A program made the translations under genes and the position numbers. A stretch of 64,000 nucleotides of DNA, from the NCBI GenBank assembly GCA_951406725.2, contig OX597825.1:85622001-85686000 (forward strand), read 5' to 3'. This DNA comes from Octopus vulgaris (lineage: Eukaryota). The first letter of the stretch is position 1; each line of letters begins with the position of its first letter. This document shows, in pieces, positions 42,576 through 57,872 of the stretch. The notes beneath the pieces were generated by a model. That model saw only the letters and a list, made by a program, of their open reading frames with translations. It was not told where the DNA came from and made no database searches.

Positions 42576-43310
42576 ACATTTATGCATGTGCTTGTGTGTG
42601 TATATATGTACGAAAGCATTTACAACTGTATGTAAAGGTGGCTGCTAAATAACTGAAAGGTTAAGAATTTCACTTCGTAATCTACAGGTCTCGAGGTCAA
42701 TATCAGAGCGTGGTCTCTTCGGATGAAGTGAAACCTTTCCAGTGAAACTAGGTAGACTAAAAACTATCTCGGATGGATTCTTCCTGTAATACGAACGTCT
42801 AGCCATGTCACACATCGTATCACAGTTGGTTCTGCCTGGCGACTTGTTCAGTGGTACACGTAAGGTCTGCGGAATACTCAACAACATACATGATAGTCCA
42901 ACGAACAGGTTGTTCGATAAATTCAACAACCTGAAGACTCATCGCCGAAACTGACGGAGAATCCACTTCGTTTACTTGTGAATATATGTCACAGAACTTC
43001 CCGAAACCAGACGCCAATATCTAAGAATTATCCAAGCCTAAATAGATTACTTATGGAGAAAACCAAAGAATAGCAAAGTAAGCGATCTGCACCAGGTATA
43101 AAGCCACAAACACTTCGCACTTTACAAGAATAGACAACGCAGAATAAAAGAGAGTAAACAATAAGTCACTCACAAACGGGTATAACGTATGTGCACCCGC
43201 GTCATCAGCTGCCTAAACGGATGTGTTTATTTTATGCTCATGTATGTGTGTGTATGTGTGTGTGTGTTTAAAAAATACATACTGACACAAAGACTGACAC
43301 ACATATATGC

Positions 43311-43357
<47 letters not shown>

Positions 43358-44550
43358 TATTTATGTATGTATACATATACATATGTACAGATAAGCATAT
43401 ATATAAGTATATATATATATGTACAGATATATATATGTGCGTGTGTGTATGTATGTGCGTGTGTGTGTGTGTGTGTGTCTCTGTGTCTGTGTCTGTGTGT
43501 ATGTGTATGTATGTATTACATGTATCTATGTAGGCATGTGAATTTGTATAATGTCTTCGGTTCTTATGTATTTAAAGACTGTTCAAGAGCTCCGGTAGAA
43601 AACCTCGGATATCTATTAGTTTTTCGAAAAAAAAAATGAAAAACAAAAACACAATTCCATTTACATTTTCTATGACTTTGATGTACGATTGCTGTAGAAA
43701 AAAAAATGGCGTTCTCTTATTTTCGCTGCTAGTGTTCAGAGATGTTTGGCAGATAATTTTAATTAAGTCCCTAAGAAACTGTCCGAATGAATTCTATTTC
43801 CTTTAGGTTTTAATAAAGAGACCAATATTTCACAGCCAATTTAGGTTCCGGTGTGAAGTGGGTCGAGGTGGTTTTGTCAGAATCAATCAACTTGTTTTCG
43901 CCAATGAATTGCTTGTTTTCAATGAATATCTCTTGTATTGTTCTATACACGATTCTACTTTAACTGCCTAGATGCCAATTCTTATTTGCTCTGCCTGTCT
44001 GCCTACCTGTCTATAAGTTTGTCTCTTTCTGTTTTTCGTATTTTTCTCTGTTTTCTGCGCCATTTTTCTTATTCTGTTTTCTGCTTTTTTTTTCTTTTCG
44101 TTTCTTCAATGTCGATCTTTTACATCCTCTGTGTAATAGCTTAACCATTTTAGCTCAAACTTATCCTTCTTTTTTCTCCTACATTGCCATCAAGAAGTCG
44201 TCTGCCTATGTAATATCTAATTTTCTTGTTTACATCTTAATTATTCACTTCTTTTCTAATTAACTAAGCACATAACTCGCAAAGTATTTTATTAAAATTA
44301 GTAAAATAAGTTCAAACGAAGACGATACCCGCAGCTTTAAGACCATCCTCCGCTTAAGACACATAAATTGGTTTATTTAAAGAATTTTATTAACTTGTTT
44401 TTGCCAATGCAGTTCATAATTTGTATTCTTAGATTTAATTTCTTTTGTTTCCTACCTAATTTATTAATTAAATAAGTAATTAAGTAAATTACTAACATAC
44501 TTACAAGCTAATTAACTAACACCCTCTCTCTCTATATATATATATATACA

Positions 44551-44600
<50 letters not shown>

Positions 44601-45714
44601 TAGATAAACATACATATATATGTATATATATATATATGTATATTTATTTATCTATACGTTTTGTATACATTTATTTATTTAGATATATAACTAAATTTTA
44701 CATTTTTATTACTTTCAGTTCTTTGGATGAGTGAAAAGTAACTTTATCAAAAAATATCATAGATTCCCTGCTCTGTCAACAGGTAAATTATATCTTTCTT
44801 CTCGCTTCTATTCATTTATTCATTTTCACCATCGTCGTTATTTTGTGGCGACGAGCACTAAATTGTAAATAAATTCATGGCATTGGTTCTTCTCTGGTAG
44901 CAGACACACACGGAAACAATGTTTTCCTGTGCTGTCAGCGCTTGCGTTTCCTATTATACTTAACGGCTGCGTCGACTGGGATGATGAGATTGAACTTTAT
45001 TAGATATGAAAACAAAGTTATTACTGGCTGGTGACAGAATTCGAATCTCTGATCCTTGATCTGCTGTTGTCCAAAGTTGAAGAATGCCCACGAGGGAATG
45101 CTGCTTTTTACATTTGTATCGGTGCTGGTTACAAATATCCTAGACTGGATCCAAAAGAGGTCGCTCGAATAATTAGCAAAATTTCTCCCTCGAAATACTC
45201 CAATCTATTTCCCGGGGACAAAATGTGTCCTTCTACCACTACAACATTGGCCGCCATTCTTTGTAATCTTCTAAACTCGTGCCCCCCCCCCCATTCGGAC
45301 CCATCCGACTTTTTCATCTTTGTTGCTTCAGTTACTCTCTTGTCGTGTCAACTCGTCCAATCCTTCCTCTTCAAAGTGTCCTCCTCCTGGAATTTCCTCC
45401 TGCCCACATTTCACTTCCTGTTGTTATTTGTGGTTACCGAAGACAAGTTCACCGTCGTTCCCCTCAACAGAATGTTCGAAGATCACGGCACATTTTTAAT
45501 GAATATTTTTTCCTCCAGAACAGCTTTACTGCTTTAGGTCTGTGCATTTGGAGCATCTCATGTGTGTGTGTGTATATGTATGTGCGTGTGCGTGTGTGTG
45601 TATGTATTTGTATGTGTGCGTGTGTGTATGTTCGCGTGCGTACATATATGGATTTCTGTGCGTTATTGTGTGAGCGCTCTTTATGTTCGTGTTGTTGCAT
45701 ATAGGCATTAACAC

Positions 45715-46076
45715 ACTAAGGGCAACAAAACGTAATACCTCACCACATCTCAAAACACTACCATATATATCAACTCACAACCCTACAAAACTACATAAGG
45801 GACAGACCCGGTTCCCGCAGTACAGACAGATTCCTTTAAGTGAACACACAGGGAGATGTGCAGACAATCTCCGACCAAACTTCACAGTTTTCCCCATCTA
45901 CGAATGTAAAGAAACAATTTCTATACAAGAACGTTTAAATACAGAAAAATGTCTTCATCGAAAAATACTTAACATGCTTAAATATGAACGCATAACAAAC
46001 TTTGGTCTCAGTATATATTTTAAATCATGATCACATGCTCTTTACATATTTCATCTCACTACTTAAGCTTTGAGTT

Positions 46077-46113
<37 letters not shown>

Positions 46114-46153
46114 TATGTAATAAATATATATATATATATATATATACATATAT

Positions 46154-46196
<43 letters not shown>

Positions 46197-46520
46197 TATA
46201 GAGGATAAATGAATATATATGCATTTATCCTCTCCCTCAAAGATGAGCAATTACCACCCTGTCCCCAATAATAATGATCACCAATTACCTCTCCTTAGAT
46301 TTTTCTACTTATTGAATCATAAGCTTCTACATACACAACTTGGACTAAATTCTTTAGGAAATACGAAATTAGAGTAATTTCAATGTCATGATTAGCGAAA
46401 ACGAAACTGGTCGCCAAACACAATATTCTTTTACATATAAAATATATCTAAAATATATTAAAACTATGTAAAGTTGTGGATTTTCTTTCTTTTATTTTAT
46501 ATATTCTTTTGCATTACAAC
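45715..46520 (+). mobile_element. Internally deleted Penelope-like element (linker fused to GIY-YIG C-terminus, followed by pseudo-LTR)
   Basis: ORF 45683-46030 contains TLPYISTHNP joined to PQYRQIPLSEH..CA.NLRPNFTVFPIYECKE...ERLNTEK, resembling the PLE RT-to-endonuclease linker and the GIY-YIG end. The downstream non-coding part has a degenerate hammerhead-like motif at 46386-46412. Confidence 0.65.
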
Positions 46521-46565
46521 TCACCACGTAGGGATCGAACTTTTCTTCTTCCCTTTTTCTTACTA

Positions 46566-46627
<62 letters not shown>

Positions 46628-46724
46628 TATGTGTGTGTATGTGTGTATGTGTGTGTATGTGTGTGTGTGTATGTGTGTGTGTCTGTATTTATTTATGTAT
46701 AAGTGTATATATATATATAGATAG

Positions 46725-46755
<31 letters not shown>

Positions 46756-46798
46756 GATATATAGATAGATTTATACGTACATATATACACATATACTT

Positions 46799-46830
<32 letters not shown>

Positions 46831-46848
46831 AGTTACATACATACATAC

Positions 46849-46879
<31 letters not shown>

Positions 46880-47532
46880 CATACATACATACATACATAC
46901 ATACATGCATGCATACATACTTACATACATACACACACATATACACGCGAACGCGTGGCTGTATTTTCTTACATGTACCATATTCGCATTATTCACCCAT
47001 GCACAAATACATCTCCACAAACAAACTTCAGAAAGAACCGCCCCACCTCGCCACCAAACCACATCTCCGAACAAACAAAATGCGTTTCTAATACTCCCAG
47101 ATTCGTGTAAAACCAACACAAGATCGTGAAATCAGAAATAATTCTACAAGACGAAATCAGCTCCAAAAATATTCCGTTTATTTTCAGAAACGTAACGTGT
47201 TAGAATGGACATTATTTTGGGTTGTTGTTATTTTTCTTTTTCCTTTTTTTTTTCAATGTTCATTTCTCTATTTTGCTGTAATCATAAAAGACTTTATTCA
47301 TGTCTGGTTTTGCAAATTTTACACACCAATGTCTTCAATTCTTGAGGCAGCTGTCTTAATAGTAAATACCGTTTTAAGAATATAACCATATTAATTCTCA
47401 CCCCAAACCGCCGTCCCAACGAAAACTCAAATCATTTTTATGGTTTATTATAATTATTATTATCATAGCTGCTGTTGTTATTGTTATTGCAGTTGTTATT
47501 ATTATTATTATTATTATTATTTTTTTTTTTAA

Positions 47533-47566
<34 letters not shown>

Positions 47567-47918
47567 GGTAGGCTGACGATATAATTCCTTTGTAACGAAA
47601 TAACATAAACATATTTTTCCCCTGCTTCCATTTTACAAATATTATTTTAAAGGAAGGTAAAATAAAATAAAATAAAATATAAAATGAAATATAAAGAAAT
47701 TGAAGAAAGTAAATATGCGGAAGGTATTTTTCAATGCCAAGAGATGTTTGCGAATTTGTCATGAGAGAAAACCAACAATGGAACTAATAGAAGTGGAATG
47801 GTAAAATGTGAAGACAGACATAACCAAAACAGATTATAATTTACTGACAGATATAAGTGACTAACATTTAAGACCTAGCCATCTATAAAGTACATACACA
47901 GCGTGCTCAATGCGTTAA

Positions 47919-47952
<34 letters not shown>

Positions 47953-47982
47953 TTGTATGTATATATGTATATATATTAAATT

Positions 47983-48044
<62 letters not shown>

Positions 48045-48120
48045 CAAACATATATATATATATATATTTAGATATCAAATTTGCATGTATATATGTATGT
48101 ATATATACATATATATATAT

Positions 48121-48300
48121 AGTTGAAATTTACAGGAAAACAAAAGATGAAGACGTGTATAAACAACAAATAGGTGTATTAGTTTAGCACTCGGGAAGCT
48201 GAAAAAGTCTTCTACGTCTCGAGCCTCCACTCTTCAACAGAAAGGAACACTAGGAAATAAACAGAGAGGGAATAAAAAAAAACTTTTGTAGCTAGCGGTC
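48121..48300 (-). mobile_element. Repeat family E
   Basis: Aligns with 12829-13022. Sits within (TA)n. Confidence 0.7.
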
Positions 48301-48620
48301 ACTATACACACATTCATACATACATACATATATATCTATATCTATATATCTATCTATTTATCTATCTATATATATATATATAAATATATATACATATATA
48401 TATATATACATACATACATATAAATACATAAATGTATATATATATACATATATACATATAAATGTATAAATTAATATATGTCTGTGTGTGTATGTATATG
48501 TGTGTATATATATATACAAATTTAGCATTCTTAAACAATAATATTATTGTCAGTGAGTTTGAAATTTTGACCAGTTAAACTATCGTCGATGGCTCAACTT
48601 CGAAGTCACTGTCAATAATA

Positions 48621-49041
48621 TTCTTCTTTATTCTTTTACTCTTTTACTTGTTTCAGTCATTTGACTGCGGCCATGGTGGAGCACCACCTTTAGTCGAGCA
48701 AATCAACCCCGGATCTTATTCTTTGTAACCCTAGTACTTATTCTATCGGTGTCTTTTGCCGAACCACTAAATTATGGGGACGTAAACACACCAACATCGG
48801 TTCTCAAGTGATGTTAGGAGGACAAACACAGACACACATACATATGCATACATACATATACATATATACATACATATACGACGGGCTTCTTTCAGTTTCC
48901 GTCTACCAAATCCACTCAGAAGGCTTTGGTCGGCCCGAGGCTATAGTAGAAAACACTTGCCCAAGGTGCCACGCAGTGGGACTGAACCCGGGACCACGTT
49001 GTTGGTAAGCAAGCTACTTACCACACAGCCACTCCTGCGTC
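48621..49041 (-). mobile_element. tRNA-derived SINE family B (CORE-like; octopus OR-type)
   Basis: Minus strand reads GCAGGAGTGGCTGTGTGGTAAG (A box), GGGTTCAGTCCC (B box), CCTTGGGCAAGT, an internal microsatellite, and an AGTAAAAG-repeat tail. Confidence 0.9.
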
Positions 49042-49926
49042 TACAATTCTTTAAGAATAATAAGTTTGTACTCTACAAAAGATTTGAGGAGTAGCCCATC
49101 AGATTAATGTAAAAATCATTTTATTATAATTGAACATAAAAACAAACAATAACATATCTGTGTGTGAGTGTTTGTGTGTGAGTGTGTATGTATTTGTGTT
49201 TGCATGTACGTACGTATGTATAAATGTATACACCTATAGATAGTTTTTTGCACCTATATGTATGCACAATCGGAGTCAGTGAGACGATGATATATTTACA
49301 AAACCTACATAACTACTATAAAAAAACAAATGCAAATACACACGCACACACACACACAGACACACACACACACACACACACATGTACAAAGTTCAATCAT
49401 TAACATAGGTACACATAGACGTAGTCAGAAAGAGATGTTTCATACCCAGACCCATACATAAAACGTATTCATCAATTAGATTCTGCGAAACCGGCCGTCC
49501 GACTCATCGTTCATTGCAAGAGAATCCAGATGGAATATCTCGAAGACAAACACGAAATAGATGTATTCTAAATAAATACAAAACTGCGCGTGTTTTTGCT
49601 TTTATTTTTGTCGATTTACATGCTATTTGCGGAGATATTTATTGTGATTAATTATCCAAATATATTGGGTTCTCGTCTTTGGGTTTAAACCATCTGTTTA
49701 ACCATCGGAATTAATGTTAGATCATTCCAAGTGGAAGTAACAGAAAACTTTCATTTAGGCGTAAGATCTACATTGCTAAACATCACTGAGTGCAAACCAG
49801 TTATTGTTCAGTACACACGCCTCGGAACCCCACCGGGCCCCTACAAGCCCCTCCTACGTACGAACACCGACTCACACGTCACCCTCCTCCAGCACAACGT
49901 ACACAGACATATAGAGAAAGACATGG

Positions 49927-49965
<39 letters not shown>

Positions 49966-50232
49966 ACTAATCTACTCAGATAATCAAACACGGAGAAACA
50001 GAAAAGAGATTTCACAGAAACACCAAGACCCGCACCTACACTTCCACAATCTTATTGATGCGCGCGCGTGTATATATGTGTGTGAGTGTGTGTGTGTGTT
50101 GGTGTGCGTGTGTGTATATGTGTGTAACCTTGTACATTTAAGTATACATGGGAGTTATACATATATATATATGTATGCGTGTGATGTGTATATTTGTATA
50201 TATATGAATGTATATATGCATATATATATATA

Positions 50233-50279
<47 letters not shown>

Positions 50280-50296
50280 ATACCTACATGCATATT

Positions 50297-50349
<53 letters not shown>

Positions 50350-50567
50350 TATATATATATAAAGAGAGAGAGAGAGAGAGAGAGAGTAGCGTTGACTTGC
50401 GTTGCGAGAATGAGAGGGAAGTGTTCAATACATGTTTTATTGAAACTGAATGTACCTGTCGCGATAAAATTTCAGTATTAATACATTATACATACATATG
50501 TAAATACATATATGCGTGTATGTATGTATATGTATGTATATGAGTATATGTATGTATATATATATAT

Positions 50568-50652
<85 letters not shown>

Positions 50653-51385
50653 TATGTGTATATATACACATAAAAATATGTGTATGTATGTGTGTGTGCG
50701 TGTACACATATAGAGGGAAGGGGTAGAGGGGTTTCACCACCAAACTATTCACTAATTAGATGTTGTAGACCTCCATCAATAAGTATATACCCATTTTAGA
50801 CAAGATGCGACTGTTAAGTTTCGTGTGAGTTTAATTGCTTCCTAGACTGCCTTTAGGTAAAATTAACTACAAAGGTGTTTCTTAATCAAACGCCCTGCAG
50901 CCATTTCTCTTATCTCGGCACTACAGACTTTATTCAGGTATAGAGTAGAAGCCTTCCCCACTCCCTCCTTCGTATCCTTTATACGTCACACACCTTTTGC
51001 ATTAAACGTTTCATGGCCGACAACCACTGATTATAAGGAATTATGGGAAGGTGAATCTTCCCACAACTGCTTCAGAAGTTAGTTGTAACAGAAACATCTC
51101 GATGTCCAGGAAGGCCAACTGTGAGGTAAATATATGCATATTTTCTTAATATTGGTATATCTGGGATTCATTTACTCGCTACATGCATCTCACATAGACG
51201 TTGATCTTAAGACAGATAAATTTCTAATTAACTCTAAACAACTTTCCTTGATTAATTGACATCGATCTGACGAGCAAATGCGAGATTTATGCATCTTTAA
51301 TTAGCACATACAGATAGATACATAAATTGAAAATGTGAGAGAGAATGGAGATATATACATACATGCTCCTACAAATATATATATG

Positions 51386-51435
<50 letters not shown>

Positions 51436-51625
51436 AATGTATGTATGTATGTATACTTGTATGCATGTATGCATGTATACACGCATGTATAAATAAATTT
51501 CATGAAGTTAAGCCGGATAGCTAGTCTGGGGTGACTGGAAGCTGAGGAGTGGGGCCAATACAACCCTCAGTTTTTAGGGGCTCTGCGATCGTCTGAAAGC
51601 AGTCTTGTTTTGGGATTTGGGTTTG

Positions 51626-51681
<56 letters not shown>

Positions 51682-51687
51682 CATATG

Positions 51688-51731
<44 letters not shown>

Positions 51732-51745
51732 CATATGATATAAAT

Positions 51746-51779
<34 letters not shown>

Positions 51780-52277
51780 CATATATTTATATATATATAT
51801 GCGCGTGTGTGTACGTATGTATGCATGCATGTATGTATGCTGATTTGTTTTCAGTTTCCTAATACACCTGTATTCTATTACCTGCAACACTAATTTAAAT
51901 ACCGGCATAACAGATTCCAGATGAGATCATTTTGGTGGACGTGTCCTTTGTACCTTTATTTTTGCTCATCTTTATTTTAATATTTTTTGGGGATTTTAGT
52001 TGAATTTAAATAGAAGCTACATTACACAAGATCACTCAAATGTTTAGCGTTCGCGATATGCAAGAATGTTATATTGTGTAATTCTTGCTTCTCTCTTAGA
52101 ATTATATCTGAATGTATAAGATGAATGTATAAGACGTATAATTATTAATTATTAAATTAATTTAAGCTGCTAATCATTTTGTACTCACATTAATTTCTTA
52201 TGGGTACGTGCGAACAAAGACAGTTTAGAGGGAAGAATGAAATTAATGCATTTGTGTGTATGTATGCATGTATGTAA

Positions 52278-52329
<52 letters not shown>

Positions 52330-52368
52330 ATGTATGTATATAAATATATAAATATATATATATACATA

Positions 52369-52432
<64 letters not shown>

Positions 52433-52467
52433 AGACCAAAGTGTACGTACGCCACCATATGTACATG

Positions 52468-52580
52468 AAAAGGAATACAAAAATTGGACAAGAACGCAAA
52501 AACAGATTTTCTTATCCCTCTTTTGTATCATCTAGCTGTCTGGATGTTTTGCGTTCTTGTCCCATTTTTGTATCTCTTTT
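52468..52580. repeat. Inverted repeat with ~36-bp arms inside (TA)n
   Basis: AAAAGGAATACAAAAATTGGACAAGAACGCAAAAACA versus TGTTTTGCGTTCTTGTCCCATTTTTGTATCTCTTTT. Confidence 0.9.
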
Positions 52581-52582
52581 AT

Positions 52583-52642
<60 letters not shown>

Positions 52643-52662
52643 TATGTATGTATGTGTATATA

Positions 52663-52875
52663 CAGAGTCATCCCTCGGGTATCGCAGGCGTTTCGTTCCA
52701 AAACCCCCGCGATAGGTGGAAATCTGTGACGTAGAAACAGTACTGAACTGTATATTTGTTTTTATTATTTCTATAATTTGTATATATTTATTTTATTACA
52801 AATGCACGGATGAATAGACGTAAGCTTAAATAATATACCGCGATAAGTGAACCGCGATATGGCGAGGAATTACTG
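52663..52875. mobile_element. Tigger/pogo-type (Tc1/mariner superfamily) MITE
   Basis: Imperfect TIRs: CAG(A)GTCATCCCTCG..TATCGC on the left, and CCGCGATATGGCGAGGAATTACTG (reverse complement CAGTAATTCCTCGCCATATCGCGG) on the right. TA on both sides. Confidence 0.85.
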
Positions 52876-53411
52876 TATATACGCCTAGGTTATAAGCGCT
52901 TTCTTCGTTTATCAATTTAGATTTGGACGTCGCAGTTCGCTGAATGTTTAGTCCTGTTGTCACTGTATTATTACAGATCCAAATATTCAATTAAATAGAT
53001 TTCACCATGTTTAAACACTTCATATGAGATATCAAAAAATAAATATATAACACCTAAATACCCCCAAGCGAAATCATGAATATTAGATGAATAAAACATC
53101 CCAGATTAGAGGAAGCAGAATCCTTCATATTAACCGTACTTCGATTATGTTGTATCGATCAATAAAAGAGAGTGAAAACAGTTTGAATCGGATGTTACAC
53201 TGGCAGCAATGAGAATTAAAATCTTAATTGATCTAACAATTAACATTTAAATAAGTAGCCGTAATTCAAAATACATACGTAAACATACACACACATATAC
53301 AATCTTGCAGGCAAAATTGCGAGGGCTGGAAAAAAAAGAAATCGAAATTTTCAGAAGAGCGTAAAGACTAGCAGTGGTGGCGTACTCGACTTTGCGTCTA
53401 TAAAAGAAAGG

Positions 53412-53835
<424 letters not shown>

Positions 53836-54159
53836 GCTGTTGTTTTTGTTGTTGATGTTTTTGTTGTGGTCATTATCAATTGTATTGTTTCATCAAAGCT
53901 ATAATTCGTAGATTATGCCTCAGTCACAAATACTCGTTATTCCTTAACTACGGAGCTAAGGTTAATTCTGAACTGTTTAGCTAAGGTTAATCCTATCACC
54001 ACTAATTAGATTTAATTAACTGCAAAAGATTCCATAATTTGATACACGTTTACAGATTTCTTTAGATTCTCCAGCGCTTCACTAATTAATTCTCATCTCC
54101 AAACATAATCTAAAAGCATGACGGTACATACATGTTCATATGTATATACATACATATAC

Positions 54160-54237
<78 letters not shown>

Positions 54238-54242
<5 letters not shown>

Positions 54243-54341
54243 CATGCTTACGTACATAAACACAGACACTTATATATATAAATATATATATATATACATG
54301 CTTACGTACATAAACACACAGACACAGATATATATATATAA

Positions 54342-54352
<11 letters not shown>
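54238..54352. repeat. ~54-bp local tandem duplication
   Basis: TATACATGCTTACGTACATAAACAC occurs twice. Confidence 0.85.
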
Positions 54353-54398
<46 letters not shown>

Positions 54399-55035
54399 TT
54401 TCATTCGTTGTTTGCCATTGTATTCTTTTATTCTCTCCATGTTTTCTTCTTCCCCACTTTCATTTTCTCCTTTCTCTCCTATACTTTTCTTAATTTTTCA
54501 GATAAATTAACCAGATTTCTGAGTTAATTTACGTAACTAATATTTTCTTTTGTTTCATTAAATATGCATCAGATAAAATTAAATGAAATAATTGCAGAAT
54601 CTATCAATGAACCTATAAATAATATTCACACAACGAGAAAATTTAAAATATTTCAAAACATTTGTTTCCATAAACACATGCAAATTCTAGGATTTTCCTT
54701 TTAATCAAAAGAAACAGCATTACGTAAAATCAAATATAATCTCAAATAGAGATTTACGACGGGAAACTTTCCAGCCATGAGCTCCACATCGATTTTGTTT
54801 AAATGCAGGGAAACTAAGAGTACATTATTTAGTGTGACATTCTTTTTTCAAGACGATTGAGTATGATTTGATGGAGAACAGGCTGACCCATCCAATAAAT
54901 TCTTCGTTTTGTAACATATTGTTTCTTATTTAGATACAAACTGAAAATTGTCAGGATCTTTATTTTTTTCGCTCTATTAATAATCGATCGCGAATCATGA
55001 AATTCAAAACGGAGTTTGCTTACTATCGTTCATGT

Positions 55036-55181
<146 letters not shown>

Positions 55182-55221
55182 GTAATATGACAACAAATGA
55201 CCTCGATACAGCGTTTTCTCT

Positions 55222-55284
55222 TAATAACTGATGAAATGCCGGGGCGGGCTTTATCTCCGATATCCGAAACTCTGAGTTTTATTA
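55222..55284 (+). ncRNA. Type I hammerhead-ribozyme-like motif (stem II base degenerate)
   Basis: Stem I TAATAA/TTATTA, core CTGATGA (55228), GAAA (55266), palindromic stem III ACTC-T-GAGT, cleavage triplet GTT. Confidence 0.5.
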
Positions 55285-55336
55285 TGACAGGCAACTAATT
55301 GTCACATTATATTTATAGGTATATAGATAAATATAT

Positions 55337-55407
<71 letters not shown>

Positions 55408-56325
55408 TGTGTGTGTATCGCCAAGCTAACATGGCAGTCCAGAAATACTGGACGAATGCTGCCGTTGATTAGCTCCAAGAGGCCAGCGCCTCTAGCTTGC
55501 TATGTGACACACAAACCTGTGTCCATTACAACCTTCGAACAGAGGAGGTCATCAGTTTCGAAGGTTTATATATATTCAGTGGAATACATCCACTGGTTTT
55601 CAAAAACAGAACTATTATTATTTCTAAATCTCTCTAAAGGAGACTACGGTAGCAGTACTGGGTATTAAGAATTTGTGTTCTCTTTGCTAAAACCCAAGTT
55701 CAGCCATACTCTGCTCCAGACGGCTTCGTATGTATCTTGTTGTTCCAGTAATAGTAATGTACATGCATACATACGTATGTATGTATTATTGTACGTATAC
55801 ATGTATGTATATTTGTAAATATGTGTTACTGTATGACTATATGTATGTATATAACCGTTGCTGGTCTACGATTCGGAGGCGTAGTACTGTGTGTGTTAAG
55901 TGTGTGTGTATGTGTGTGTGTCATACACACTTACACTCATATCAAGACATATATGTCTATGCCAGCCAGCGTTCTTGTGCACGCATGCATATATGTCTGT
56001 GGAACTTAAACGCCTGCCTTGTAAATGAATCGTTTCCCTGAAGGAAGAAATTATTCATCGAAGGCCAATCAATGAAAAAAACTGAAAGAAAATTAGATTT
56101 TTAAAAAAATCAAACAATTTCAAGAAATATAGCTTCCCCCTCCATTTCTGTTGAACTTGGCCACCCCTATACACATACGCCCAACCACCCTCCCCCACAA
56201 AAATACACAGGCGCGATATATATATATATATATATATATTTATTTATTTATATATATATATAGATACAGATATAGGTATATATATATATATATATATATA
56301 CATATATATAAGCATGTATGTATGT

Positions 56326-56417
<92 letters not shown>

Positions 56418-57290
56418 TAAATATATACATTTTTTATATATATGTATGTAGATATATATGAATATATACATATGTGTATATATATATATAAATATATGTA
56501 TGTATGTATGTTTGTATGTATGGTTATTGATTATTGAATATCGGGAAATGTTCAAAGAAGAGAGATTGTTCCAAGTTTCATTGATATTTATATAATATTT
56601 ATATTTCATTAAATCTTTATGGAGTTTGGAAATTCCCAAGACATATTTAACAAACATGGAGCAAGTAGCATGGGGCAGTGCCTTTAGGCCTACATGTGTG
56701 TGTATGCGTCAGCGTATGTGTGCCTGTATGTGTATGTGTGTGTGTGCGTGTGTGCAGAAGGGTTCTCAGGCGTCTTTTACATCACAACTGCAATGAAACA
56801 AGACTCTGTGACTGTTCGTTCTTATCTTCTACATATTTTTCTACACAAGAATCTACATGGATAGAGAGAGAGATAGAGAGGGGGAGAGAGAGATAATGAT
56901 AGATATATAGACAAACAGACATGTGTGAGGATGTATTTTTTAGAGACACTAAAAATCGGTGAATGAGATATGTTCGAGCACGATTAGATTTAATACGTCC
57001 ATGTACACTTAAACACGGGACGACTTCCGCTGCGCAGTCTGTCTCTGGAAGGAAACTTCTCTTTGTGGCAATGTGTGAGAAAAACACAACAGTGGTCCGT
57101 CAATGAGGTCATCGGGCCGCCCATGCAGTCTATAAACTGAAATATTTCTCTCCAAAGACAATTTCTGTTGTAGGAGTCTTTCTAAGTAGGACTGTATAAG
57201 AATGTCATGAATATGCTTCTACACCACCACCACCACCACAACAACAACAATATATATATATATGTGTATATATATATATATATATTAATC

Positions 57291-57489
57291 CTCTCAGTCA
57301 TTTTACTGTGGTCATGCTGGGGGACCGCCTTTAGTCGAACAAATCGACCCTGGGACTTATTCTTTGTAAGCCTAATACTTATCCTATCGGTCAGCTTTTA
57401 CCGAACCGCTAAGTTACGGGGACGTAAATACACCAACATCGGTTGTCAAGCGATGTTGGGTGGGTGGGTGGGAAAACACAGACACACAT

Positions 57490-57521
<32 letters not shown>

Positions 57522-57570
57522 CATTCAGTTTCCGTCTACCAAATCCACTCACAATGCTTTGGTCGACCAG
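57291..57570 (-). mobile_element. SINE family B, 5'-truncated
   Basis: Aligns with about 48650-48935. Confidence 0.85.
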
Positions 57571-57694
57571 ACATAAAAACGCTACACGAAAGAAATATAA
57601 ATATGGTGGTCAGCTTTTATCAACGAGAATTCTATCAATGAAATTGTAAAATAACTTTAATTAAAATATCGGTTGCAACTTTTGGCCAGCAATG

Positions 57695-57872
57695 TCGTGG
57701 GGTTGGAAAAGCCGATTACATCGACCCTAATGTTCCAGTGATGCTTCTTTTATCGATACCGAGAGGATGAAATGCAAGGTCGGACCCTGGTAACATTTGG
57801 ACTCAGAAGGTAAAATCGGAAGAAATGATCCCTAAACATTTTGTTTCTCCCGCTCTGCCAGTTCGCCGCCTT
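57695..57872 (-). mobile_element. SINE family A, degenerate
   Basis: CTGCCAGTTCGCCGCCTT head end and a diverged core on the minus strand. Confidence 0.7.

Noticed and set aside
45031-45537. 168-aa non-repetitive ORF
   Set aside because: No recognisable motif on either strand. Probably decayed TE sequence, not callable.
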